Source: Candidatus Arthromitus sp. SFB-mouse-Japan (GTDB lineage: Bacteria > Bacillota > Clostridia > Clostridiales > Clostridiaceae). Taken from it: a stretch of 32,000 nucleotides of DNA. The stretch spans positions 360,001 to 392,000 of the forward strand of contig NC_015913.1 in NCBI RefSeq assembly GCF_000270205.1, written 5' to 3'. Of the stretch, positions 10,037 to 17,070 are shown piece after piece. Both the position numbers and the translations under genes were made by a program. The notes beneath the pieces were generated by a model. That model worked only from the letters and a program-made list of their open reading frames with translations. It had not been told where the DNA came from and ran no database searches. The stretch's first letter is position 1; each line of letters opens with the position of its first letter.

Positions 10037-10912
10037 ATGGATTTTAAAAATTATAGATATTTGGATAATAAGATAATTGTAAAAAAAACAAACAATTTTG
10101 TATTAAAACATATATTTGAAAATGGACAGTGTTTTCGATGGGAACGGACTAATATAGGTACATATATTATTGTTGCCAAGGGAAGAGTTATAGAATTAGA
10201 AATGGATAGTGGGGATTTGCTTATACATAATTCAAATGTAGATGATTTTGAAAATATTTGGATAAATTATTTTGATTTTGAGAGAGATTATTGTAAGTTA
10301 AAGGGAGAGCTAAAACATGATAAATATCTAGATATTGCTATTAATTTTGGACATGGTCTCAGGATATTAAATCAAGATCCATTTGAAATGATTTTATCTT
10401 TTATAATTTCATCCAATAATAGGATACCTATGATAAAAAAAGCTATACTAAGTATAAGTGAGAAATATGGTGATCCTATTTCCTATAAAGGAAGAATATA
10501 TTATAAATTTCCAAGTTTAGAAAATTTGGCTAATCTTAGCCAAGAAAAATTTAGAGAATGTTCTGTTGGATTTAGAGATAAATATTTATATAATACTGTA
10601 AAATTACTTAATGAAGATAATGATATTGAGTATATTATGAATTTAAATGATGATATGTGCCATAAAGAATTACAAAAATTTAGTGGTGTTGGATCAAAAG
10701 TATCTGATTGTATAATGTTATTTTCTATGAAAAAATATTCGGCATTTCCAGTTGATGTTTGGGTGAAAAGAGCTATGATGAAATTTTATGTTGCTCCAGA
10801 TACTTCATTAAAAGGCATACGCGATTTTGGAAGAGAATTATTTAAAGACTCTAGTGGACTTGCTCAGCAGTATTTATTTTATTATGTAAGGGAGAATAAT
10901 ATAAAAGTTTGA
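10037..10912 (+). CDS. ogg: 8-oxoguanine DNA glycosylase/AP lyase (OGG, HhH-GPD superfamily)
   Basis: 291 aa with an N-terminal FENGQCFRWE OGG_N signature, the HhH motif LQKFSGVGSKVSDCIMLF, and the catalytic-region FPVDVWV. Confidence 0.85.
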   Translation: MDFKNYRYLDNKIIVKKTNNFVLKHIFENGQCFRWERTNIGTYIIVAKGRVIELEMDSGDLLIHNSNVDDFENIWINYFDFERDYCKLKGELKHDKYLDIAINFGHGLRILNQDPFEMILSFIISSNNRIPMIKKAILSISEKYGDPISYKGRIYYKFPSLENLANLSQEKFRECSVGFRDKYLYNTVKLLNEDNDIEYIMNLNDDMCHKELQKFSGVGSKVSDCIMLFSMKKYSAFPVDVWVKRAMMKFYVAPDTSLKGIRDFGRELFKDSSGLAQQYLFYYVRENNIKV

Positions 10913-10995
10913 ATAATATTTTTAAAATTCAAAACTTTTTAAATGATAAAAATTGTCTTTATTATTGAGATTATTAAACTAAGAGGTATATAAAA

Positions 10996-12384
10996 ATGAA
11001 TAAAAATAAAATATTTTCTTTAGGATTAGCTAGTTCTTTATTTATGTTAGGTCTGAATGTTAATGTTAATGCTGTTGAAAGTAAAGGAGTTGTATCAAGT
11101 GAATTAACAAATAATATATATGAAGAATTTAAAGGATATAGTAGAATAGATATATTAGGAAATAATTATGATTTATCTAACGTAGATAGTGCAGTTTTAC
11201 AGATTATTGCTAAGAAGTTTGATGCAATAAATGGAGGCAGTTTATCTGATGATAAAATAAAAGAATATCAAAAAGAAATTATGGATTTGTTAGATGATTA
11301 TAATAAAGATCCTAAAAAATATGAGAATCTTCCAGTTACATTAGATCTTAATCCTGTTACTTTTCTGAGAGAGGAGATAGTTATTGTACAAAATAAAATT
11401 AATAGTTTAAAAGCAGAGCAGGATAATTTAAAAATAAGTGATATTGGGCAAGATTATATAGACAAAAAAGTAGAAGAAATACAATTATATATAGATAATT
11501 TAATTAGTTGGATAAATTATTCTGTAGTTAATTTCAAATCATCAGAATATAAACAAACCTTTACTGAAAATTTATTTAAAGAAAATAAATTTAGAAATGA
11601 ACAACTAATTAATATGGTTTATGTTGATAGTGAGTATAAAAATGTTTTTATTGTGAATGTAAATTTAGATGGTAGTTTTAGTTCAGATAGTAATGATATT
11701 ACAGATTTGGATTTAAATCAAGTTATTAAAAAAGGATTAGAATATGAAAATTTAAAGATAAGGAATATTAATGAAGAAATAGACAAGATTAGGAAATCCA
11801 AGATAGATGTTATTGATCAAGAAAATATGATAAATGAGTTGAATAGACAAATTGAGAGTGCTAAAGCTTATTCTTTAGCTCAAGAGATTGTCTTATTGAA
11901 TTTAGAGATAGATGCAATTAAGAGTTCGAAAGCAAGTGTGGACTTTATTAATAATAAAGTAGAGGAATTGACTGATGAGATTAATTCAAGAATAGATAGT
12001 ATAATAAAGCATAATAGTGATCCCAAATATGTAATAAATGATTTTGAAGTTGGTAAAAAGCCAACATATTTTGGATATGTTTTAGGCAATGAGGATGGTT
12101 TTTTATTTAAACTAAATTTAGATTCTGATTTTAAAATGTTGGTTGATAATGTAATTGGTGAAGAGTATAAATTTACTACTGAACAAAAAGATGTACTAAA
12201 AAATTTACTAAATAATAGTATTAATGATAGTATTGAGAAAATTAGTAAACTTAAAGATAAGAAATTAGAAATTTCAAAAAGTATGAATAATAATAAATAT
12301 TATTTAACTGATTCTATAGATAAAGATATATCTATTTTAGAAAATAATATTTTAAATTATAAATCAATGATTTCCCAAATTTAG
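10996..12384 (+). CDS. Secreted coiled-coil protein of unknown function
   Basis: 462 aa with a Sec signal peptide (KIFSLGLASSLFMLGLNVNVNA/VE). Long heptad-like Lys/Glu/Ile/Asn stretches. An internally duplicated module contains FIVNVNLDGSF and FLFKLNLDSDF. Confidence 0.75.
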   Translation: MNKNKIFSLGLASSLFMLGLNVNVNAVESKGVVSSELTNNIYEEFKGYSRIDILGNNYDLSNVDSAVLQIIAKKFDAINGGSLSDDKIKEYQKEIMDLLDDYNKDPKKYENLPVTLDLNPVTFLREEIVIVQNKINSLKAEQDNLKISDIGQDYIDKKVEEIQLYIDNLISWINYSVVNFKSSEYKQTFTENLFKENKFRNEQLINMVYVDSEYKNVFIVNVNLDGSFSSDSNDITDLDLNQVIKKGLEYENLKIRNINEEIDKIRKSKIDVIDQENMINELNRQIESAKAYSLAQEIVLLNLEIDAIKSSKASVDFINNKVEELTDEINSRIDSIIKHNSDPKYVINDFEVGKKPTYFGYVLGNEDGFLFKLNLDSDFKMLVDNVIGEEYKFTTEQKDVLKNLLNNSINDSIEKISKLKDKKLEISKSMNNNKYYLTDSIDKDISILENNILNYKSMISQI

Positions 12385-12414
12385 TTAAGGCTCCTTAAGG
12401 GCCTTAATTTTTTT
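12385..12414 (+). terminator. Intrinsic terminator
   Basis: 7-bp stem ttaaggc / gccttaa, 9-nt loop, then a run of seven T, immediately after the stop at 12384. Confidence 0.8.
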
Positions 12415-12481
12415 ACATAAAATTAAATTTATGAACACAAAATATATATATGTAATTTAATGTTTTGTAAGAGGTATTTTT

Positions 12482-12877
12482 ATGAAATTGGGTATGGATG
12501 TTTTAGAAAATAAGCTTGATTTTCTTTATATCCTTGTAGAGGGTATAAGTAAGCATATTAATATTAATTTTGATTTTTTTATGTTTGTCATAAATAATAA
12601 TTTGACTTGTACTGATGTTGTATTAATTACTAAAGCTTTAACAATTATGAATTATAGACGGTTTGGAGTGTTAGATGATAATACTATAGAATTTAACGAT
12701 GATGGTAGGTTAAAAGGAATTTTGGTAGATAAGACTCCTAATTTTAAAGAGTTTAAGGATTTTCTATTAAGTATAAATTTGAATATAAATGCTGAAGAAC
12801 TTTTAAATAGTTTAATTAATCAGAAAATTGGGATTAATATATGTAAATTTTTACTAGAAGATGGGGTGAATAATTGA
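12482..12877 (+). CDS. Small cytoplasmic protein, possibly DUF1878 (YhaI-like) family
   Basis: 131 aa with RBS AAGAGG. The pattern LENKLDFLYILVEGI...FDFFMFVINNNLT..D and the C-terminal LN.N..AEELLNSL resemble my recollection of Bacillus YhaI/DUF1878. The family call is tentative. Confidence 0.55.
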   Translation: MKLGMDVLENKLDFLYILVEGISKHININFDFFMFVINNNLTCTDVVLITKALTIMNYRRFGVLDDNTIEFNDDGRLKGILVDKTPNFKEFKDFLLSINLNINAEELLNSLINQKIGINICKFLLEDGVNN

Positions 12878-12886
12878 TATAATTTA

Positions 12887-12916
12887 CTTGTCTAAGTGTT
12901 TTTAGACAAGTTTTTT
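12887..12916 (+). terminator. Intrinsic terminator
   Basis: 8-bp stem cttgtcta / tagacaag, 8-nt loop, then TTTTTT. Confidence 0.8.
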
Positions 12917-12937
12917 GTGCTGTAGGGGGATAAAAAA

Positions 12938-13318
12938 ATGGGAGTTTTTAGTACGTTAATGGGAAATGCTTCTAATTCTGATCCCAATAAATTGCAAGAA
13001 AAGGTATCAGATATATTATTTGAGGGTGAAGAAGTAGTATTTGCATTTTCATATGTAAGAGATTTTATTTTATTTACTAATTATAGAATAATGTTTACAG
13101 ATAAACAGGGAGTTAGTGGAAAAAAGGAGAGCATAGAATCTATACCTTATAGAAGTGTAGTAAGATTTTCTATTGAAACTAAAGGAGTGTTTGATTTAGA
13201 TTCTGAATTTAAGATTTGGATTAGTGGAGTAGATTCACCTATAGAGAGTAAGTTTTCTGGAGATAAAAATATATTGGAACTTCAACAGTTTTTAGGAGAG
13301 AAAGTTTGTAAAAAATAG
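12938..13318 (+). CDS. Bacterial PH-domain protein (bPH_1 / YokE-like, DUF1696)
   Basis: 126 aa with MGVFSTLMGNAS..., FILFTNYRIMFTDKQGVSGKKESIESIPYRSV..FSIETKG.FDLDSEFKIWISG, characteristic of this family. Confidence 0.85.
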   Translation: MGVFSTLMGNASNSDPNKLQEKVSDILFEGEEVVFAFSYVRDFILFTNYRIMFTDKQGVSGKKESIESIPYRSVVRFSIETKGVFDLDSEFKIWISGVDSPIESKFSGDKNILELQQFLGEKVCKK

Positions 13319-13335
13319 TTTTAAAGGATAAGAAT

Positions 13336-13596
13336 ATGAGTTATTATAGTAAAGATGATAGATTTTATATGGATTTTATGGATGAAGATGGTAATAAAAT
13401 AACCTTTGAAATTATCACAGAAATATTTCTGGATGGGAATAAGTATTTAATACTTGGAGATGATTCTCAAAATAATGAGGATTCTTATGTTGTACGTGAA
13501 GATTTTTCAGATCAAGGTGTGGAGTATAATTTTCTTGATAATGAGGAAGAATTTAGTCGTGTAAAAAAGGAATATAAGAAGATCATATATGGATAA
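13336..13596 (+). CDS. DUF1292 family small acidic protein
   Basis: 86 aa with DEDGNKITFEIITEIFLDGNKYLIL and an acidic C-terminal half (FLDNEEEF), matching the YrzB/DUF1292 pattern. Confidence 0.85.
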   Translation: MSYYSKDDRFYMDFMDEDGNKITFEIITEIFLDGNKYLILGDDSQNNEDSYVVREDFSDQGVEYNFLDNEEEFSRVKKEYKKIIYG

Positions 13597-13603
13597 TATT
13601 AAA

Positions 13604-13782
13604 TTTCTGCAGTTAACGTCAGGTTTTTATACTTAACCTACATTTCTTAATTGGGATTTCTAATACTAATATTGATGTCAAGCTTCCAGTTTTTTAAAGC
13701 GAAGTAGGCAGATAGATATTATGAGGATTGCCCACCTGTTGGAGAACAGGTCTTAAGTTTATTAGCCAGCGTCTCTGTGGAT
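13604..13782 (+). ncRNA. Candidate structured small RNA (rod-like fold, 6S-RNA-like architecture; identity unconfirmed)
   Basis: The region is non-coding and visibly more G/C-rich than other intergenic regions here. Nested long-range complementarity: 13607-13612/13775-13780, 13616-13618/13770-13772, 13622-13625/13764-13767, 13631-13636/13753-13758, 13637-13641/13704-13708 and 13652-13656/13684-13688. A local hairpin lies at 13734-13751. It ends just before the terminator at 13787. Boundaries and strand are inferred, and no convincing promoter was found. Confidence 0.35.
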
Positions 13783-13786
13783 ATAT

Positions 13787-13814
13787 AAAAACACCTAGTT
13801 TACTAGGTGTTTTT
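13787..13814. terminator. Bidirectional intrinsic terminator
   Basis: 12-bp stem aaaaacacctag / ctaggtgttttt, flanked by an A-run and a T-run so it can terminate both strands. It includes the last codons and stop of the minus-strand SdpI-like gene. Confidence 0.8.
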
Positions 13815-14453
13815 ATATTTTTTATACATTAAGAATGAATATATAGCCGGTATTATAGCTGATACTATTAATGAAATTGTTAGGGTGTAAAACGACAGAT
13901 TAGGGAATATAATGGTTATAAGTATATTTAATATTCCAGATATAACAAATAGTAAACCAGCTAATCTATGTGTTTTTTTCCAATTTTCTTTATTATTTAA
14001 TGTCCAAGGTAATCGTATTCCTATTGTATAATTTTGTCTACATTTTGGTAGATAATTACCTATGAATATGAATATAATTGACATAAAAACTGGTGCAATT
14101 ACTGACATATTTATATTAATTCCAAGGCTGATTAATATAGTTGTAGGGATAAATATTACTGACATTAGTGGAGCTAAAAAATAAATTAGTATTTTTAAGG
14201 ATTTGTTATGATTTTTTTTGTTTGGATCATTGTTAATAATGAGATGCGTTATTATATTAAAAATACAGAGAATTAATGGAAGAATTATACATATAAAAAG
14301 TTTGCTTCCATAGGAATCTATATTTCCATTTATATCAAAATGAGTTGGAATTTTGTCTGGAAGTTTATTGTATATAAATGAACACAATATTGTAGGTAAT
14401 AAACATAATGCTAAAGATAGTATTAGGGGATTGTTTATTATTTTTTTATTCAT
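13803..14453 (-). CDS. SdpI/YhfL-family membrane immunity-type protein (DUF1648 + SdpI domains)
   Basis: 216 aa and polytopic. N-terminal KIPTHFDINGNIDSYGSK (DUF1648-like) and NYTIGIRLPWTLNNKENWKKTHRLAG (SdpI signature). Overlaps the upstream regulator gene by 4 nt. Confidence 0.85.
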   Translation of the reverse strand: MNKKIINNPLILSLALCLLPTILCSFIYNKLPDKIPTHFDINGNIDSYGSKLFICIILPLILCIFNIITHLIINNDPNKKNHNKSLKILIYFLAPLMSVIFIPTTILISLGININMSVIAPVFMSIIFIFIGNYLPKCRQNYTIGIRLPWTLNNKENWKKTHRLAGLLFVISGILNILITIIFPNLSFYTLTISLIVSAIIPAIYSFLMYKKYKNT

Positions 14454-14731
14454 TTTTTTTTACCTCCAAATTCTGAGAACCATAATATTACTTCTTCAAA
14501 TATTGAAGTATTAATCTCATAATATATAAAATTTTTATATTTGGATTCAAATATAAGTCCTGATTTTTTTAGTATTGATAGATGATAAGATATAGTTGCT
14601 CCAGTCAAATTAAAATTCTCAATTATTTCTCCCACAGATAATTTATCTTTTTTAAGTAAAGTTAGTATTTCCCGTCTAATAGGGTCGGATAGAGCCTTAA
14701 ATGTTTCTTTTAAACCCATAAGTTCCTCCAA
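14450..14731 (-). CDS. ArsR-family (SdpR-like) transcriptional repressor
   Basis: 93 aa with FKALSDPIRREILTLLKKDKLSVGEIIENFNLTGATISYHLSILKKSGLI, a typical ArsR winged HTH. First gene of a 2-gene operon with the SdpI-like gene. Confidence 0.9.
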   Translation of the reverse strand: MEELMGLKETFKALSDPIRREILTLLKKDKLSVGEIIENFNLTGATISYHLSILKKSGLIFESKYKNFIYYEINTSIFEEVILWFSEFGGKKK

Positions 14732-14755
14732 CTATTTAGAAATTTATATAAATAG

Positions 14756-14785
14756 ATTATATATTTATATTCGATATTTAGTCAA
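14756..14785 (-). promoter_or_regulatory. Candidate sigma-A promoter of the ArsR/SdpI operon
   Basis: On the minus strand this reads TTGACT-N18-TATAAT (plus-strand agtcaa 14780-14785 and attata 14756-14761). It is flanked by CTATTTAGA copies at 14732-14740 and 14789-14797. Confidence 0.45.
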
Positions 14786-14879
14786 TATCTATTTAGATAG
14801 TTATAAAAATAGATCTCAGACTTTATTATTTTAGATATGATTATGATATTTAAATTAATTTAAATAATTTAGAGTGTAA

Positions 14880-14908
14880 TTGAAGAAAAAAGCTAAATTA
14901 TATATACT
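14880..14908 (+). promoter_or_regulatory. Candidate sigma-A promoter for DUF896-hprK
   Basis: TTGAAG (14880-14885), a 17-nt spacer, then TATACT (14903-14908), about 50 nt upstream of the ATG at 14957. Confidence 0.45.
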
Positions 14909-14956
14909 TAAATAAAGTTTATGAATTGAATTTTTTGGAAGGGAATTATTTGGATT

Positions 14957-15127
14957 ATGAAACAAATGATAGATAGAATAAATTATCTGTATAATAAATC
15001 TAAAAAATTTGGATTAAGTGATGATGAAAAGCTTGAACAAGAGAAATTAAGAAGGGAATATGTAAAAATAATTAGGGGAAATTTTGAGAATCAGCTCAAA
15101 AATTATAAGAAAAAGGATGATAAATAA
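14957..15127 (+). CDS. DUF896 (UPF0291, YnzC-like) small protein; absent from the supplied ORF track
   Basis: My translation gives 56 aa: MKQMIDRINYLYNKSKKFGLSDDEKLEQEKLRREYVKIIRGNFENQLKNYKKKDDK. The pattern INxLxxKxKxxGLtxEEkxEQxxLRxEYl matches UPF0291. The TAA stop (15125-15127) directly abuts the hprK ATG. Confidence 0.8.
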   Translation: MKQMIDRINYLYNKSKKFGLSDDEKLEQEKLRREYVKIIRGNFENQLKNYKKKDDK

Positions 15128-16033
15128 ATGTGTGTAAGCATTAGTGATTTAATAAAAACCTTTAAATTTGAAGTTATTGTTGGAGGGGATTTTTCTATAA
15201 AAGTTAAAACAACACAATTAAATAGACCTGGACTTCAACTTACGGGGTATTATTCATATTTTTCGAATGATCGAATTCAATTAATTGGAATGACTGAGTG
15301 GTCTTATATGAATTCTTTAGATGAAGAAAGTAGGGATGAAAAATTTAAAGAATATTTAGAAAAATCTACTCCATGTATAATAGTGACACGTGGACTCGAA
15401 ATTTTTGAATCATTAGAAAAGTATGCGCGCATATATGGGAGGACTATTTTAAGAACTAATGAGGATACCACTGGAATCATAAGCAGACTTAAAAGATATT
15501 TAGATGAGAAACTTGCAGCAGAGACTCGTGTCCATGGTGTTTTAGTTGATATATATGGATTTGGTATTTTAATTACAGGAGATAGTGGGATTGGTAAGAG
15601 TGAGACTGCTCTTGAACTTATAAAAAGAGGACATAGGATGATTTCTGACGATGCTGTCGATTTTCGGGAGATTGATAGGGAGATAATAGGATATTGTCCG
15701 AGTATAACTTTTGGTATGCTTGAGGTTCGTGGAGTTGGTATAATAGATATTACAGCTTTATATGGCTTATCTTCTGTTCTTGAAAGTAAGAAGTTAGATT
15801 TAATAATACAACTTGAGCATTGGAAAGATGATGATTCTTATGATAGGCTTGGGATTGATGATTTGTATAAAGATATTTTAGGAGTTAAGGTAAAACTTGT
15901 ACGTATACCAATACGTCCTGGAAGAAATGTGTCCGTTCTCGTTGAAGCTGCAGCTGCAAGTTATAGATATAAGTTAACTGGTAGATTACCTGCAATAGAT
16001 GTGATAGGTGAGAGGATGAAAGAAATCTATTAA
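15128..16033 (+). CDS. hprK: HPr kinase/phosphorylase
   Basis: 301 aa with the P-loop GDSGIGKSETALELIKRGHRMISDD, then LEVRGVGIIDI and the C-terminal region typical of HprK/P. Confidence 0.95.
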   Translation: MCVSISDLIKTFKFEVIVGGDFSIKVKTTQLNRPGLQLTGYYSYFSNDRIQLIGMTEWSYMNSLDEESRDEKFKEYLEKSTPCIIVTRGLEIFESLEKYARIYGRTILRTNEDTTGIISRLKRYLDEKLAAETRVHGVLVDIYGFGILITGDSGIGKSETALELIKRGHRMISDDAVDFREIDREIIGYCPSITFGMLEVRGVGIIDITALYGLSSVLESKKLDLIIQLEHWKDDDSYDRLGIDDLYKDILGVKVKLVRIPIRPGRNVSVLVEAAAASYRYKLTGRLPAIDVIGERMKEIY

Positions 16034-16109
16034 GGTAATTAATAACGCATTTAATTTATTATAATAAGAGATACTAATTTATATAAATTAGTTAAGTTGG
16101 TGATTTGCT

Positions 16110-17039
16110 TTGACCATATATAACATTTCTAAGCTTTTTGAAGAGGAAGAAAATTATGATCTTAATAAATATTTATATTGGTTTATTTTGAGTGAAGATG
16201 AAATTTCTTCAATACCTTTTGAAATTGATAGAGAATGTATATTTGATTTAAATTCACTTAGAAGTTTTTCCCAAATTAATTTTTACAATGAATATACATT
16301 TATGGCTTTAGATGTGTTAGAATTTAACAATGATATGTTAAGTTTTAAAAATCTTAATATATTTTTTGGAAAAAATTATTTGATAACCGTATATAAGAAT
16401 AACTTAGATGTTATAGATAAATTAATCCTAGATTTAAAGGAAAATAAAAATTGCTTTGTTGTTAAGAATAATCCTAAAATATCAACACTTTTATATATGA
16501 TTATAGATAGGGTAATACTTAAAAATTATTCTACAATAAGCTCTATAAGTTCAGAGTGTGATAAAATTGAAATAAGTATATTAAAAGAAGATTCTCAGAA
16601 AAATTTTGAAGAATTAATTCGTCTCAGAGGTCAGGTATATAGAGTCAAGAAATATTTGTATCCTCTTAGATATATTGGTGACTCTTTAATATTAAATGAG
16701 AATGGCATTATAGATAATTGTGATATTGTTTTGTTTGAGAGGATAAATGAAAAATTCCAAAAGTTAATGGGAGCAATTGAAAGTTTAAATCAGCAATTAT
16801 CTCTTGTTAGAGAAGCATATGAATCTGAACTTTCAAATAAGACCAATCAGCTTATGAAGGTTTTTACACTCGTTGCATCTATTTTTCTTCCTCTTGATTT
16901 ATTGACGAGTTTTTTTGGTATGAGTTTTGAGATTATGCCACTTAGGCATTCGTGCTATTCTATACATATAGTTGTTGTTGTTATGATTGTAATTGTATGT
17001 TTGCTTATAATTTTATTTAAGAGGAAAGATTGGTTATAA
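16110..17039 (+). CDS. corA: CorA-family divalent cation transporter homolog with variant GMS motif
   Basis: 309 aa. TTG start 6 nt after GGTGA. Two C-terminal TM helices with FFGMSFEIMP where CorA proteins carry YGMNFxxMPE. C-terminal basic tail KRKDWL. Confidence 0.8.
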   Translation: MTIYNISKLFEEEENYDLNKYLYWFILSEDEISSIPFEIDRECIFDLNSLRSFSQINFYNEYTFMALDVLEFNNDMLSFKNLNIFFGKNYLITVYKNNLDVIDKLILDLKENKNCFVVKNNPKISTLLYMIIDRVILKNYSTISSISSECDKIEISILKEDSQKNFEELIRLRGQVYRVKKYLYPLRYIGDSLILNENGIIDNCDIVLFERINEKFQKLMGAIESLNQQLSLVREAYESELSNKTNQLMKVFTLVASIFLPLDLLTSFFGMSFEIMPLRHSCYSIHIVVVVMIVIVCLLIILFKRKDWL

Positions 17040-17070
17040 AAAATTTTAAAAAAATGGAGGAGTGTTATTT

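Noticed and set aside
13721-13756. 11-codon ATG ORF (MRIAHLLENRS) inside the candidate sRNA region.
   Set aside because: It has no RBS, and it overlaps the strongest hairpin. It is more likely part of an RNA structure than a micropeptide gene.
16073-16092. Perfect 20-bp AT palindrome actaatttatataaattagt between hprK and corA, as a terminator or operator.
   Set aside because: It has only 2 G/C pairs, no loop and no following T-run. Such palindromes arise easily in DNA that is nearly pure A/T, so it was left unannotated.
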